64,000 nt of DNA from Candidatus Micrarchaeota archaeon (GTDB lineage: Archaea; Micrarchaeota; Micrarchaeia; Norongarragalinales; Norongarragalinaceae). Both the position numbers and the translations under genes were made by a program. The stretch is taken from positions 96,001 to 160,000 of the forward strand of contig JACQQD010000009.1 of assembly GCA_016207165.1 (NCBI GenBank). The letters are read 5' to 3'. Positions within the stretch are counted from its first letter, which is position 1, and every line of letters starts with the position of its first letter. Below, one piece after another: positions 36,356 to 46,718 of the stretch. Under the pieces are notes generated by a model. It was not told the origin of the DNA. It worked only from the letters and a program-made list of their open reading frames with translations, and ran no database searches.

Positions 36356-38002
36356 TTACGCCTCCGCTTCAATTTCTTTCTCGGCTTCGTCTTCAATGGC
36401 TTCGAGTTCGTCTTCCGCTTCACTGGCTTCCTGGGATTCGAGGTACTCGGTGCGCTTCTCGGCAATGCTTTTGAGTTTGGGCATGAGCGCCGAAGCCTTG
36501 CGCCCGGAAATGTCTTCCAAGGCTTGAGCGATTTCCGTGATGTACTTGAAAAAGATCATGCGTCTTCGCTCTTGCTCTTCGGCTTTCGCCAGCGAACGCA
36601 GGTACACGGAGACGTCGCGGGCGGCCTCCATCAAAGCGAACCGGATTTCCGCCACGATTTCCTCTTCCGCTGAAATGGCGAGTTTCCCGGCGCCGGTGTA
36701 CGGCACGTACACGGACACCAAATTAACCAGAATGGTGACTGGCAGCGCCTCGAACTCCTTGAGTTCGTACCGGTTCAAGTCAATGCTCTTGAAGGCCTCC
36801 GTAATCGCGCAGTTGCCGGCGTCAAACAACAACGGCACTCGGTTGGCAAACCGCAGCAACTCGCCTTTACGCGTTTCCCCGACCAGGGAACCGGAGTTGC
36901 CTCCGTACGCGATGGCGACTTCCACGCTGAACGGAATGCCGCCGCGGAACACCTTGGGCTTTCTCTCAATGACGCGCCACTTCTCGGGCTTCAGCAGGTT
37001 CTTGAGCGATTTTTCAAGTTGGTCTTCACCAATGGGAATCAACGTGTCGGTTTCCGGCGCAATCCACTTGATTTTGGAAAACGCTTTCACGATTTCCTCG
37101 GCTTCCGCCCATTGCAAGGCTCTCGGCGACCGCTCCAAATCGATGCCCGGCAGCATGGCCTGGATTTCCTTGACTTTGTCCGCGGAAATGCGGGTGAAAT
37201 CGGAAACCAAAAACGAAGAGATTTTTCTCCCGGTGGTCACCGCGGCCATGTCCATGAGGTCCGACGTCGTCAACCCCAAGGGGTGCGGCTTGACGGCTTT
37301 GGCCTTCTTGGGCACTACATTGGTGGCCCTGGGAAAAACCGTCAACTGTTTGTCCGGTTCCAACAGCGTGATTTGGGCGTGAGGGTTGGCCAACGCCGTC
37401 CTTCGCAGGTACTCGTAGACGCCGTACTCGGAGCGGTTGTACCCGACTTCCGCGTACTCTGCTTCGATGCGCGTGCCCTGGAACTTCCCGGAATACTCCT
37501 TCTCGTTCTCGATCTTGGCCGCATTCGTCTTGATGTCGATGGAGACGTCGGCTTCGTAAATCTTGCCGTCCCCCAAACTCGTCTTGACGTGCGTGGGTTT
37601 GCCCGTCGTGATTTGCGAAAACAGCGTGGCGTACGCGGCGCCAATGCCTTGCTGGCCCCGCTTCTGGGCGCGGTGATGGAACTTGGTGCCAGCCAAGAGT
37701 TTTCCAAGCGCTTGGCCCACGTTTTTCTTGGGGATGCCGGTGCCGTTGTCTTGGACGACCACCTTGAAATGGTCTTGGGGCAACTCCGCGATCTCCACGC
37801 GGAGGTCCGGCGTGATTTTGGCGTCCTCGCACGAGTCCAAGGAATTGGTGACGAATTCGTGGACGATGGTCGTCAGGCTGCGCAGCTTGCCGGAGTACCC
37901 CAGCATCTGGCGGTTCTTCTTGAAGAACTCCGCCACCGAGTACTCTTGGAAGGCCTTCTCCAATTCCGTTCGGGTGGGTGCTTTTTCTTCCGCCAAAATC
38001 AC
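36356..38002 (-). CDS. top6B: DNA topoisomerase VI subunit B
   Basis: SVAEFF, HEFVTNSLDSCE, DNGTGI, RGQQGIG, RFANRVPLLFD. Confidence 0.97.
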   Translation of the reverse strand: MILAEEKAPTRTELEKAFQEYSVAEFFKKNRQMLGYSGKLRSLTTIVHEFVTNSLDSCEDAKITPDLRVEIAELPQDHFKVVVQDNGTGIPKKNVGQALGKLLAGTKFHHRAQKRGQQGIGAAYATLFSQITTGKPTHVKTSLGDGKIYEADVSIDIKTNAAKIENEKEYSGKFQGTRIEAEYAEVGYNRSEYGVYEYLRRTALANPHAQITLLEPDKQLTVFPRATNVVPKKAKAVKPHPLGLTTSDLMDMAAVTTGRKISSFLVSDFTRISADKVKEIQAMLPGIDLERSPRALQWAEAEEIVKAFSKIKWIAPETDTLIPIGEDQLEKSLKNLLKPEKWRVIERKPKVFRGGIPFSVEVAIAYGGNSGSLVGETRKGELLRFANRVPLLFDAGNCAITEAFKSIDLNRYELKEFEALPVTILVNLVSVYVPYTGAGKLAISAEEEIVAEIRFALMEAARDVSVYLRSLAKAEEQERRRMIFFKYITEIAQALEDISGRKASALMPKLKSIAEKRTEYLESQEASEAEDELEAIEDEAEKEIEAEA

Positions 38003-38511
38003 ATCAACTTTTTCTGCCGGTGTTTTTCCCGTTCCAGGTACGAGTACACGCCGACGTGCTCGGAGCCCTCCAGCAACCTCAATACGGCTTCCTTGGCCGC
38101 CCGCAAATCCTCGAATTCGCCAAGAATCGCAATGTGCTCCGGCCCTACGGCCAAAAAAGCGCCGGAAAGTTCCTGCAACTTTTTCTTCGCGGCGCCTTGT
38201 TGCCCAATGATTCGGGCCTTGTAGCGCCGCATCTTCTTCTCGTTGCCGTGAAACGCGTTTCTCAGGTCAATGGCTTCCAGAAAGTAATCATCGGAGAACA
38301 GCTTGAAGGCTTGACGCGGTTGGAACCCGTACGCCAACGCCTTCAACACTTGTTCGACGATCCACTCCGTTCCTCCTTCGCCTTCAATGGCGACGTCGCT
38401 GTCGTTGATCGCCAAGTCCACTCCGCCTCGCTCAGCGACGTCCTTGAAGATCTTGCCCCCGTCTTTCTTGAGCAAATTCAGGGTTTTCTTGGGTAACGAC
38501 AGCAACCGCAT
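37999..38511 (-). CDS. KH-domain RNA-processing protein (Dim2/Pno1-like)
   Basis: ALAYGF, KARIIGQQG, LLEGSEH..VY.YLE; upstream of top6B as in many archaea. Confidence 0.88.
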   Translation of the reverse strand: MRLLSLPKKTLNLLKKDGGKIFKDVAERGGVDLAINDSDVAIEGEGGTEWIVEQVLKALAYGFQPRQAFKLFSDDYFLEAIDLRNAFHGNEKKMRRYKARIIGQQGAAKKKLQELSGAFLAVGPEHIAILGEFEDLRAAKEAVLRLLEGSEHVGVYSYLEREKHRQKKLM

Positions 38512-38579
38512 TAAACTTCAATTCCTTATTCCGGCGGGTTCTCGTACCGGATGACTTAACCCCTCTTGCTTAAAATACG

Positions 38580-39098
38580 TTATTGTTGTTTTTCGCCGAA
38601 CGCCTCCTGCAAGACGGCTTCAAGCTCTTCTTGCGTGAACGGCTTGGCGAGGGTATACACCTTCCGTCCATGCACCCTCTTTGCATTGCGCATTTCGTCC
38701 TGGTGCTGGCCGCTCATGACCACGATGGGAGTCTCCTGGTGTTCGCTTCGGCTTTTGAGATTCTGGATGAGTTCCAACCCGCCCAAACCAGTATGAATTC
38801 CACGGTAGTGAACATCGGTGAACACGCCGTGGATGACGTCACCGACCGCGTTGGCGTTTTCCAAGTGTGCTAATGCCTCTTTCAAGTCTTCCGCTTGAAG
38901 CACGCGGTGGCCCAGGCGCGTCAAACTGCGGGAGACGACTTTTCGGGGAACCGCTTCGTCGTCCACGACCAAAAACGTGAGTTTTCGTGGTTCACCGGGC
39001 TTTTCAACCAAAGTCGGAGTCGGTCTTCGTCCAAAGGGTTTGGTCAACCACCCCAACCACCGGGAAACCGTTTTCCGGAAACCTCCTTCGCGTTGCAT
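38580..39098 (-). CDS. stand-alone response regulator receiver (REC) protein
   Basis: FLVVDDE, VFTD, GLELI, VVMSG, LAKPF. Confidence 0.85.
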   Translation of the reverse strand: MQREGGFRKTVSRWLGWLTKPFGRRPTPTLVEKPGEPRKLTFLVVDDEAVPRKVVSRSLTRLGHRVLQAEDLKEALAHLENANAVGDVIHGVFTDVHYRGIHTGLGGLELIQNLKSRSEHQETPIVVMSGQHQDEMRNAKRVHGRKVYTLAKPFTQEELEAVLQEAFGEKQQ

Positions 39099-39187
39099 AC
39101 CACAATACGATTTTTGGCCGCTTTAAAGTTTTCCGACCGCCCTCCTTCTCCAAAAGCCGCTTAAACAATGGCCAGCCCATGCTTTGC

Positions 39188-40102
39188 ATGGACTCCATTT
39201 CAATCCGCGCCCCAGCCACCACCGCCAATTTGGGCGCGGGATTCGACGTATGCGGCATGGCGTTAAGCGAGCCGTTCGACGAGTTTACGTTTTCCAAGTC
39301 GGATGCCTGGCACGCCGCCAACGAGACGGCGTTCATTGCGGCCACCGACGAACAAAAAAGCGTTTTTGGCTTTGTCTGGAACGCCATGAAACAAGAATTC
39401 GGTTTGCCGGGAAGCCTCCAGATTTCCGCGAAGAAAGGCATCCAGCCCTCGGCAGGAATGGGTTCGTCGGCCGCCGAGGCTTCCGCCACGGCGTTTGCAG
39501 TCAACGAATTGTTCGGCTTGAATCTTGAACGGAGCGAATTGGTTCATTGGGCGGGTTTGGGGGAAGGCTTTACCGCTGGAAACCCTCATTACGACAACGT
39601 AGCTCCTTGCGTGCTGGGCGGATTCACCATCACCTACAACACCAACCCGTTGAAAGTCAAGCGCTTGGACGCGCCAAAGGATTTGGTCTGCATGCTGGTC
39701 GTGTCGGAAGTCACCAAACCGTCGACGGCCTTTGCTCGAAGCGTCCTGCCGGAACAAGTGCCGCGGAGAGACGCATTGGTGAATTGCCAGTACTTGTCCC
39801 GGTTGCTGGTGGGCTTTTACGAGAATGACGTACAGACGATTGTTTCGGGTTTCGGCGACGCCATTGTCGAGCCGTCGCGGGCGCGCGCCGGGGGTCTCCC
39901 GAATTTTCTGCAGTTCAAGAAACTCGGCGACCAGCATGGGTTTGGAACCGCGTCTTCCGGAGCAGGACCCACCTTGATCGCGTTTGGAGCTGAAGAAAGT
40001 CCGGCGTTTAGCGACGCCGTCCTGGATTCGTTCAGCCGGAAAGGGATTCGCGCCAAAACGATTTGGACGAAACCGTCGGCTCTTGGAGTTCACGCATTAT
40101 GA
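39188..40102 (+). CDS. thrB: homoserine kinase
   Basis: PATTANLGAGFD, GMGSSAA, HYDNVAP, SGAGPT. Confidence 0.94.
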   Translation: MDSISIRAPATTANLGAGFDVCGMALSEPFDEFTFSKSDAWHAANETAFIAATDEQKSVFGFVWNAMKQEFGLPGSLQISAKKGIQPSAGMGSSAAEASATAFAVNELFGLNLERSELVHWAGLGEGFTAGNPHYDNVAPCVLGGFTITYNTNPLKVKRLDAPKDLVCMLVVSEVTKPSTAFARSVLPEQVPRRDALVNCQYLSRLLVGFYENDVQTIVSGFGDAIVEPSRARAGGLPNFLQFKKLGDQHGFGTASSGAGPTLIAFGAEESPAFSDAVLDSFSRKGIRAKTIWTKPSALGVHAL

Positions 40103-41352
40103 AAACGTGGTTGGAATGTTGCCGATGCAAAAAACGTTACGCCACGCGTCGGGAGGACACGTCGTGCACGGCATGCGGCCACTTGCTTGAAGTGCAGAGG
40201 GATGTGGAGAGCGTCGGCGTTTCACGCGATGAGTTTACGGCGCGCCAATCGAAAAGCGGGGTTTGGCGATTCAAGGAAGTCGTTCACCCTGATTTGAAGG
40301 AGGGGCAGATCGTCACGTTTTTTGAAGGCAATACGCCGCTGTACGAATCCGGGCCCGTCTCGGATTTTGCCGGGGCAAAAATCTTGCTTAAACACGAGGG
40401 CCGAAACCCCACGGGTTCGTTTAAGGATCGGGGCATGACGGTTGGAGTGAGCGAAGCCGTCCGCCGCAAAGCCAAAGCCGTGATTTGTGCGTCCACAGGC
40501 AACACGTCGGCATCGTTGGCGGCCTACGCCGCCCGTGCGGGCTTGCCGTGCGTGGTTTTGCTTCCCGAAGGCAAGATTTCCTACGGAAAATTGGCTCAAG
40601 CCATTTCGCATGGTGCCCGCGTCGTCCAAGTGCAGGGCAACTTTGACAAAGCGCTGGCGTTGGTGCGTGAACTGGCGAAGTCCGAGGGGTATTACGTATT
40701 GAATTCCGTGAACCCGTGGCGGTTGGAGGGCCAGAAAACCATTATTTGGGAGGCCTTGATGCAGAACGGCTGGAAAGTTCCAGACTTCATCGTGGCACCC
40801 GGCGGAAACCTTGGAAACACCAGTGCGTTTGGGAAAGCTTTGTTGGAAGCCAAAAGAATGGGTTGGATTGACCGGTTGCCTCGATTGGTGGTGGTTCAAG
40901 CCGAACGATCCGCTCCCCTTCACGCCACGTGGAAGCAAAAATCGGACGAACTCTTGAGAGTCGCCGACCCTGAAACGGTGGCCACCGCGATTCGAATCGG
41001 AGAACCAGTGAACTGGGCCAAGGCACTCAAATACATCGAGCGCACCAATGGCCTTGTCGAATCGGTGACGGACCAGGAACTCCTGGATGCCAAAGCCCAC
41101 ATTGACGCGTCAGGCATCGGGTGCGAGCCGGCGTCCGCGACATCCGTGGCCGGAGTCCGGAAACTGGTTCGCGCCGGAGTCATCAAACCGCATGACTCCG
41201 TGATGTGCGTCCTCACGGGCCACGGCCTGAAAGACGCGGAAACCACAATGGCCTACCATCAAGGCACTCTGGAAGGCATCAAGCCGACTCACGCGAACAA
41301 GCCCGTCGTGGTTCGGGCCACGTTAACGGACCTCAAGCGCGCCCTTTCGTGA
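40099..41352 (+). CDS. thrC: threonine synthase
   Basis: N-terminal CxxC pairs, EGNTPL, NPTGSFKDRG, ASTGNTSAS, TAIRIG, EPASA, TGHGLKD. Confidence 0.95.
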   Translation: MKTWLECCRCKKRYATRREDTSCTACGHLLEVQRDVESVGVSRDEFTARQSKSGVWRFKEVVHPDLKEGQIVTFFEGNTPLYESGPVSDFAGAKILLKHEGRNPTGSFKDRGMTVGVSEAVRRKAKAVICASTGNTSASLAAYAARAGLPCVVLLPEGKISYGKLAQAISHGARVVQVQGNFDKALALVRELAKSEGYYVLNSVNPWRLEGQKTIIWEALMQNGWKVPDFIVAPGGNLGNTSAFGKALLEAKRMGWIDRLPRLVVVQAERSAPLHATWKQKSDELLRVADPETVATAIRIGEPVNWAKALKYIERTNGLVESVTDQELLDAKAHIDASGIGCEPASATSVAGVRKLVRAGVIKPHDSVMCVLTGHGLKDAETTMAYHQGTLEGIKPTHANKPVVVRATLTDLKRALS

Positions 41353-42228
41353 AAAGTATTTCGCGGCAAAGCCGAACATGGCTTGCATGGCGATCAGTTG
41401 CGCCACGGCGACCACGCCGGCCACGGGATTAAACACGGTGGTCAGGACGGTGAGAGCAATGGTGCCGTTTTTCATGTGGACGTCTTCGGCAAACGAAATT
41501 CGGTCTTTTCGGTTTCGCCCCAAGTGCAGTCCCACGAAAAACAGAATCAAGGAAATGACGAGGAAGGCGGCAACCAGTGCCAGGGCGGTGGCGGCGTGGT
41601 CGTAAAAGTAGTCTGCGTTTTGCGCGACTTGCGCGCCAATCAAAAGCAGGAGCAACACGAGGCTGAGCGCCCGGCGGTACGGCGAAATCGCTTCGGGAAC
41701 CGGGGTGTGGCGCAAGGCCATCACCACGACAAACGGAATGAGGATGTACAGGGCGACGGCGTGAAACAAGGCCGTCACGTCGATGACGGAGTTGGCGGAC
41801 CCCAAAAGCAGGATCAAACCCGGCATGACCAACGGCGACAAGGCGTAGGATACGGTGGTCATGGAGAATGTTCTGCCGACGTTTCCGTGGTACAAGTCCA
41901 CCATGGCGTTGGCGGAAACTGACGCCGGAGCAGCACCCACGACGACGAAGCCAATGAAGAGTTCCGGCGGGAAAAACCAGGCCGCGGCAAGACAGAGTGC
42001 GGTGAACAAGCCGTAGTTGGCCGCCACGGCCGCCAAATTCTCTTTTTCCAGGCCATGCCGAAGGCTTTCAAGCAAGGGACAGGGAAGCAGGCTCAAAATC
42101 ATGACGAAAATGAGCATGGGGCCCGCGTAAGGAAAAAACGGAAGCAGGACGCCTGGAAACGCGAGGCCGATGCCGATGGGCAACAACAGAAACGCCCAGA
42201 GGTACTCGTCCAAAAACGCGATGTACAT
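41323..42228 (-). CDS. bile acid:Na+ symporter (BASS) family transporter
   Basis: many TM helices; GAAPASV, GNV, MKNGTIA. Confidence 0.72.
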   Translation of the reverse strand: MYIAFLDEYLWAFLLLPIGIGLAFPGVLLPFFPYAGPMLIFVMILSLLPCPLLESLRHGLEKENLAAVAANYGLFTALCLAAAWFFPPELFIGFVVVGAAPASVSANAMVDLYHGNVGRTFSMTTVSYALSPLVMPGLILLLGSANSVIDVTALFHAVALYILIPFVVVMALRHTPVPEAISPYRRALSLVLLLLLIGAQVAQNADYFYDHAATALALVAAFLVISLILFFVGLHLGRNRKDRISFAEDVHMKNGTIALTVLTTVFNPVAGVVAVAQLIAMQAMFGFAAKYFSRKGALEVR

Positions 42229-42266
42229 GATCGCGTCAAGGAAGGCGGGAAATAAAAGGCGGCCGT

Positions 42267-43145
42267 CTAGCGGAAGCGCCGGGCCATGTAGACGAACATG
42301 ACTTGGCTGGAAATGATGTGGGCCACCGCGACCGCGGCGGCCGCCGGAGTGAACAAGGTCGTCAAGAGCGTCAACGCGAGGGTGCCGTTTTTGTGGTAGG
42401 CCAACTGCGCAAACGCGATTTCATCTTTCTTGTTCTTGGCCAGTTGGGTTCCAAGAAAGAGCTTGACGAAGGACAACAAGACCAGCACCAAGAGGATGAG
42501 GCCGAAAGTAAGCGGTTGGCTGTAAAAAAAGGAGGAACTTTCCGCCACCTGGCCGCTGACCAGCACCAAGAGCAACGCCACGCTTAACGGGCGTTTGACG
42601 TTGGCCAAAGGCTTTGCCGCCGGAGTTTTTCTCAGGACAATGACCAGCACCAAGGGAATGACGATATACAAAATCACGCTTTGGAAAAGCGTTGCCGCGT
42701 CAATGGCCACGGACTGGCCGGCCAACACCAACACCAGCACGGGCGTGGCAATGGGAGCCACGGCGTAGGCCACGGTGGTAACGGCAAAGGCTTTCCCGGT
42801 GTTGCCTTTGAAGACGGAGACCAACGCCGGAGCGGAAATGCCGGAGGGCACCACGCCCATGACGACGAATCCAATCAACAATGCCGGGTCGAAGAACTGC
42901 GCGGCGGCAAGGGCTAACAACCCGGACACGACGTATTGGATGAAAACAATGCCGGTGGTTTGCGCGTTCAAGCCGGAACGAAAGCTCTCCACAAGGGGCA
43001 CGTCCAGCAAACTCAACACCATGACGGCGAACAGAAGGGGGACGGCGTAGGGAGCGAAGACCGAAAAATAGGCTGGGAAGAATAGACCCAGGAGGGTGGG
43101 CACGATGAGGACCGCCCACAAGTGGCGGTTGAAGAATTCAAGCAT
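42267..43145 (-). CDS. BASS family transporter, tandem paralogue
   Basis: many TM helices; VPSGISA, KGN, HKNGTLA; clearly similar to its neighbour. Confidence 0.72.
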   Translation of the reverse strand: MLEFFNRHLWAVLIVPTLLGLFFPAYFSVFAPYAVPLLFAVMVLSLLDVPLVESFRSGLNAQTTGIVFIQYVVSGLLALAAAQFFDPALLIGFVVMGVVPSGISAPALVSVFKGNTGKAFAVTTVAYAVAPIATPVLVLVLAGQSVAIDAATLFQSVILYIVIPLVLVIVLRKTPAAKPLANVKRPLSVALLLVLVSGQVAESSSFFYSQPLTFGLILLVLVLLSFVKLFLGTQLAKNKKDEIAFAQLAYHKNGTLALTLLTTLFTPAAAAVAVAHIISSQVMFVYMARRFR

Positions 43146-43201
43146 TTTCCAAGGGGTTTAAACGGGGTTGGATGTTTTAAAGGATTCTTGGTTCGACAAT
43201 C

Positions 43202-44239
43202 TCACACCAATCCTTTGTGTTTGAGCAGTTCCGCGTGCAAAATGCCGTTGCCGGCGGCCCCGCGGATGGTGTTGTGGGAGAGAAGCGTGAACTTGACGCG
43301 CCGGGGGCCATCCTCGCGGAGCCGTCCGATGGTCGTCGTCATGCCGTTGCCCGCCATGACGTCGAGGCGGTGTTGCGGCCGGTTTTCTTGTTCCAGGTAT
43401 TGGATCGGTTTTTGGGCGGAGGGCAGTTTGGGGTGGTGCATGTGATCGAAAGTAGCCCAATCCTTTTTGATTTGGTTCACGGATACCTCGGATTGAAATT
43501 CCACGAACACGTTTTCCATGTGGCCTTCTACAACAGGCACCCGGTTGCAGGACGCGGAGACCTCGATGCCAGCGGTTTGGATGGAGTCGCCGTTCAACGT
43601 GCCTAGCAACTTGACGCACTCGGTTTGGACTTTTTCTTCCTCTCCCGCAATAAAGGGGACGACGTTGCCCAACGCGTCCAGGGAGGCGACGCCCGGATAT
43701 CCCGCTCCTGAAAGTCCTTGCAGGGTGGCCACGTGCACGCGCTGGACGTCGTATTTCATCAAGGGCTTCAACGCCATGGCCAACGGCACAGTTGAACAAT
43801 TGGGGTCCGTGGAAATGAAGCCCGCCCAACCGCGTCTTTCTTGCTGGACGCCGATGAGGGCAAGGTGTCCGGGGTTGACTTCAGGTACGATGAGAGGCAC
43901 GTCATCCTCCATGCGGTGGGCGGACGCTTTGGAAACGATTTTCAGCCCTTTCTGGGCGAGCTTGGCTTCCAGGGGCCCGGCCAGGTTCCCCGGCAACGCG
44001 GAGAAAACCAAGTCGACGTCCCGGATTTTTTCCGGAGAACATTCAACCACGGGCAAGTCCTTTAGGGCATCCGGCATGGGGGAATCCAAAAGCCAGTGGC
44101 ATGCTTCCGCGTAGGGTTTGCCCGCCGAGCGTTCGGAGGCCCCAAGCAAAGTCACTTCAAACCATGGGTGGGTCTCCAGCAATTGCACAAACCGCTGGCC
44201 GACAAATCCGGTTGCCCCCAACACCGCGGTTTTGATCAT
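43202..44239 (-). CDS. asd: aspartate-semialdehyde dehydrogenase
   Basis: LGATGFVGQRF, VPLIVPEVN, PNCST, SGAGYPG, CNRVPV..GH, HNTIRGAAG. Confidence 0.96.
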   Translation of the reverse strand: MIKTAVLGATGFVGQRFVQLLETHPWFEVTLLGASERSAGKPYAEACHWLLDSPMPDALKDLPVVECSPEKIRDVDLVFSALPGNLAGPLEAKLAQKGLKIVSKASAHRMEDDVPLIVPEVNPGHLALIGVQQERRGWAGFISTDPNCSTVPLAMALKPLMKYDVQRVHVATLQGLSGAGYPGVASLDALGNVVPFIAGEEEKVQTECVKLLGTLNGDSIQTAGIEVSASCNRVPVVEGHMENVFVEFQSEVSVNQIKKDWATFDHMHHPKLPSAQKPIQYLEQENRPQHRLDVMAGNGMTTTIGRLREDGPRRVKFTLLSHNTIRGAAGNGILHAELLKHKGLV

Positions 44240-44320
44240 GCTTTCTGCCACGAAGAGGCGCGATGACGCCGAACGTTTCTTACGTTATTGGGTCTTGACT
44301 GTACTTTAATGGACGGGGTC

Positions 44321-45706
44321 CTATGCAAGGGAAGCTTCCCCCTCAATGAATTCGGCGTGAACGGATTTCAGCGCCTTGTCGACGTCGGACTTGGATATGG
44401 CGACGGTGATGTTGATTTCCGAGGCGCCTTGGGAAATCATGCGGATGTTGACCTTGGATTGCGCCAGGCAGGAAAACAGCCGGGCGGACACGCCGATGGT
44501 GTGCCGCATGCCTTCGCCGACCAACCCCAGCAAGGAAACGTCTTTTTCGATGGCGACATCGGAAACCGGAATGCGGGCGTGGCCCAAGGCGCGTTGAAGC
44601 TCGTGTAAGTACTTTTCTTCCAGGCACAACGATAAATCGGATTGCGACGTGGAAATGGCGTCAATGGGCAAATCGTGTTTTTGCAGTTCCTCAAACAAGG
44701 GGTAGGCAATGCTGGATACATCCAAGAGTGATCCGCCGTGAAGAGTCACGATGCACGCGTTTTTCTTGACGGCCACGGATTTGGCCACGCTTTTGGCTTG
44801 GTGGCCGTTGCCGGAAATCACGGTACCTGTTTTTTGCGGGTCAAAAACGCTTTTGATTTCCACGGCAATGCCTTTCTCTTGAAGCGGAGCCATGGTTTTG
44901 GGGTGGAGGATTTTGGCGCCGAAAAACCCGAGTTCCTCGGCTTCCTTGTAGGTCAAGGAAGGAATCAGGCGCGCGTTCGGCACGGTTTTGGGGTCGGCGG
45001 ACATGAATCCTTCCACATCTTTCCACACCAAAAGTTTTTTTGCGTCCAAGGCGTTGGCGACCACGCCCGCCGAGTAATCCGATCCGCCGCGTCCCAACGT
45101 CAGCACGTGGCCGTCGGCGTTTTTGCCGAAATAGCCGGTCAGAACGACGAGGCCTTCCTGCACGTCGGGCCGAATGGTTTTCTGGAAATTCTGGGCGGTT
45201 TGCGTCAAGTCAACGGTGCCGTTGCTGAAGCGGCCTTCCACGATGAGTCCCGCGTCGTCGGACATCCACGCCTTGGATCGCACGCCACGGTCCTTGAGGT
45301 ACGCATCCAGAATCACGGCGGAAAGCCGTTCGCCGAAGCTGTGGACCAACTCGACGGTGCGCGGCGTGAGCTCCTGGAGAAGGAAAGCGCCGAAAAGCAC
45401 TTTGTTCAAACGGGAGACCAGCTCCAAGACGCGCTTGGATGCCTCTTTTTGTATGGTGGAATCGGAGACGTCTTCCAATGCGTGCAAGTGGTCTTCCAAG
45501 AGTTTTTGGCTAAACGCGTCCACGTCCCCGCTGTTTGGGGAGAGGTTGGCCAGGATGCCAGCGAGTTGGTCGGTGACGCCAAACTTTGCGGACACCACGA
45601 CGACGTTTCCAGGCCCAAATCCATTCAAAATGGTGGCGGCACGCTGGTAGTCCTGCGCGGTTTTCAGGATGCCGCCGCCGAATTTGTGGACGGTGACGTC
45701 AGCCAT
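44321..45706 (-). CDS. lysC: aspartate kinase
   Basis: HKFGG, SFGERLS, LGRGGSDYSA, ADPK, GAKILHP, two ACT domains. Confidence 0.95.
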   Translation of the reverse strand: MADVTVHKFGGGILKTAQDYQRAATILNGFGPGNVVVVSAKFGVTDQLAGILANLSPNSGDVDAFSQKLLEDHLHALEDVSDSTIQKEASKRVLELVSRLNKVLFGAFLLQELTPRTVELVHSFGERLSAVILDAYLKDRGVRSKAWMSDDAGLIVEGRFSNGTVDLTQTAQNFQKTIRPDVQEGLVVLTGYFGKNADGHVLTLGRGGSDYSAGVVANALDAKKLLVWKDVEGFMSADPKTVPNARLIPSLTYKEAEELGFFGAKILHPKTMAPLQEKGIAVEIKSVFDPQKTGTVISGNGHQAKSVAKSVAVKKNACIVTLHGGSLLDVSSIAYPLFEELQKHDLPIDAISTSQSDLSLCLEEKYLHELQRALGHARIPVSDVAIEKDVSLLGLVGEGMRHTIGVSARLFSCLAQSKVNIRMISQGASEINITVAISKSDVDKALKSVHAEFIEGEASLA

Positions 45707-46652
45707 GCAATTCCCACAAGTCGTTGAGCACGGAGGAAGCCGTCGGCAAGCCCCCAGCGCCCCGACCCTTGACCGTCACCGCGTCAGCGTGCCGCGTGTA
45801 AAACGTCAACGCGTTCCAGGCATCGCCGATGTTGGCCAACGCATGGGTCTTCGGAATTTGCTGGGGCTTCACGGAAAGCGTGGACTCGTCCACGGTGGCA
45901 ATCAATTTGAAGCATTCGCCTCGCTTGGAAGCCGCCGAAATGTCCTCCACCGTGATTTCGGTGATGCCTTGGGGCATGTGGTCGGCGTATCGAGTGTCTT
46001 GGTTGAACAAGGCGTTCGCCAAAATCACGGCTTTGCCCAAGGCGTCAAAACCTTGCACGTCGTTGGCGGGGTCGCTTTCCGCATACCCTTTTTGCTGGGC
46101 TTCCAAAAGCGCTTCGGCATAGGTTTTACCGGACTCCATTTGCGTCAGCATGTAGTTGGTGGTTCCGTTGAGAATGCCTTCCGCGGAAACGATTTCCGCG
46201 CCCTTGAGGCAGTGGCGGGCGAAAGAGAAAACGGGTGTGCCGCCGGCCACCGTGGCTTCAAAAAGCAAGCGCACGCCGTTTTCCTCGGCGGCCGACGTCA
46301 CGTCCCCGTAATGCAGCGCCAAAGGACCCTTGTTGGCGGTGACCACGTGCTTTTTGCGTTCAAAGGCGGTCCGCCAATAGGTAGTGGAAGGCTGCGCGTC
46401 CGAAAAATTCGTGGGCGTGAGGTCTACCAACACGTCGTATTCAAGGTTTTGAACGGCGTCCAAGGGGTCCATGGCGGCAAACGCGCGGCTGTGGCTTAAA
46501 TGCCGGTTGTCGGTTTCCGCCAACAGCTCATCGAGAACGGGGTTCAAGACCGCTCCGTTGCGGGTGCAAATGGCGGCCGCCTCGATGGCGTCCGGCAGGA
46601 TGCCAGCCAAGGCTTTTCCAACGTGACCGAAACCCAACACCAGCGCCTTCAT
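45699..46652 (-). CDS. hom: homoserine dehydrogenase
   Basis: GFGHVG, VVTANKGP, EATVAGGTP, GILNGTTNY, GYAESDP..D. Confidence 0.95.
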   Translation of the reverse strand: MKALVLGFGHVGKALAGILPDAIEAAAICTRNGAVLNPVLDELLAETDNRHLSHSRAFAAMDPLDAVQNLEYDVLVDLTPTNFSDAQPSTTYWRTAFERKKHVVTANKGPLALHYGDVTSAAEENGVRLLFEATVAGGTPVFSFARHCLKGAEIVSAEGILNGTTNYMLTQMESGKTYAEALLEAQQKGYAESDPANDVQGFDALGKAVILANALFNQDTRYADHMPQGITEITVEDISAASKRGECFKLIATVDESTLSVKPQQIPKTHALANIGDAWNALTFYTRHADAVTVKGRGAGGLPTASSVLNDLWELHG

Positions 46653-46718
46653 CGCCTTGAACACCACCGTCTTTTAAATCCGTGCGAATTATAGCCTTTA
46701 AAGGTGAGTGCAACGCGT

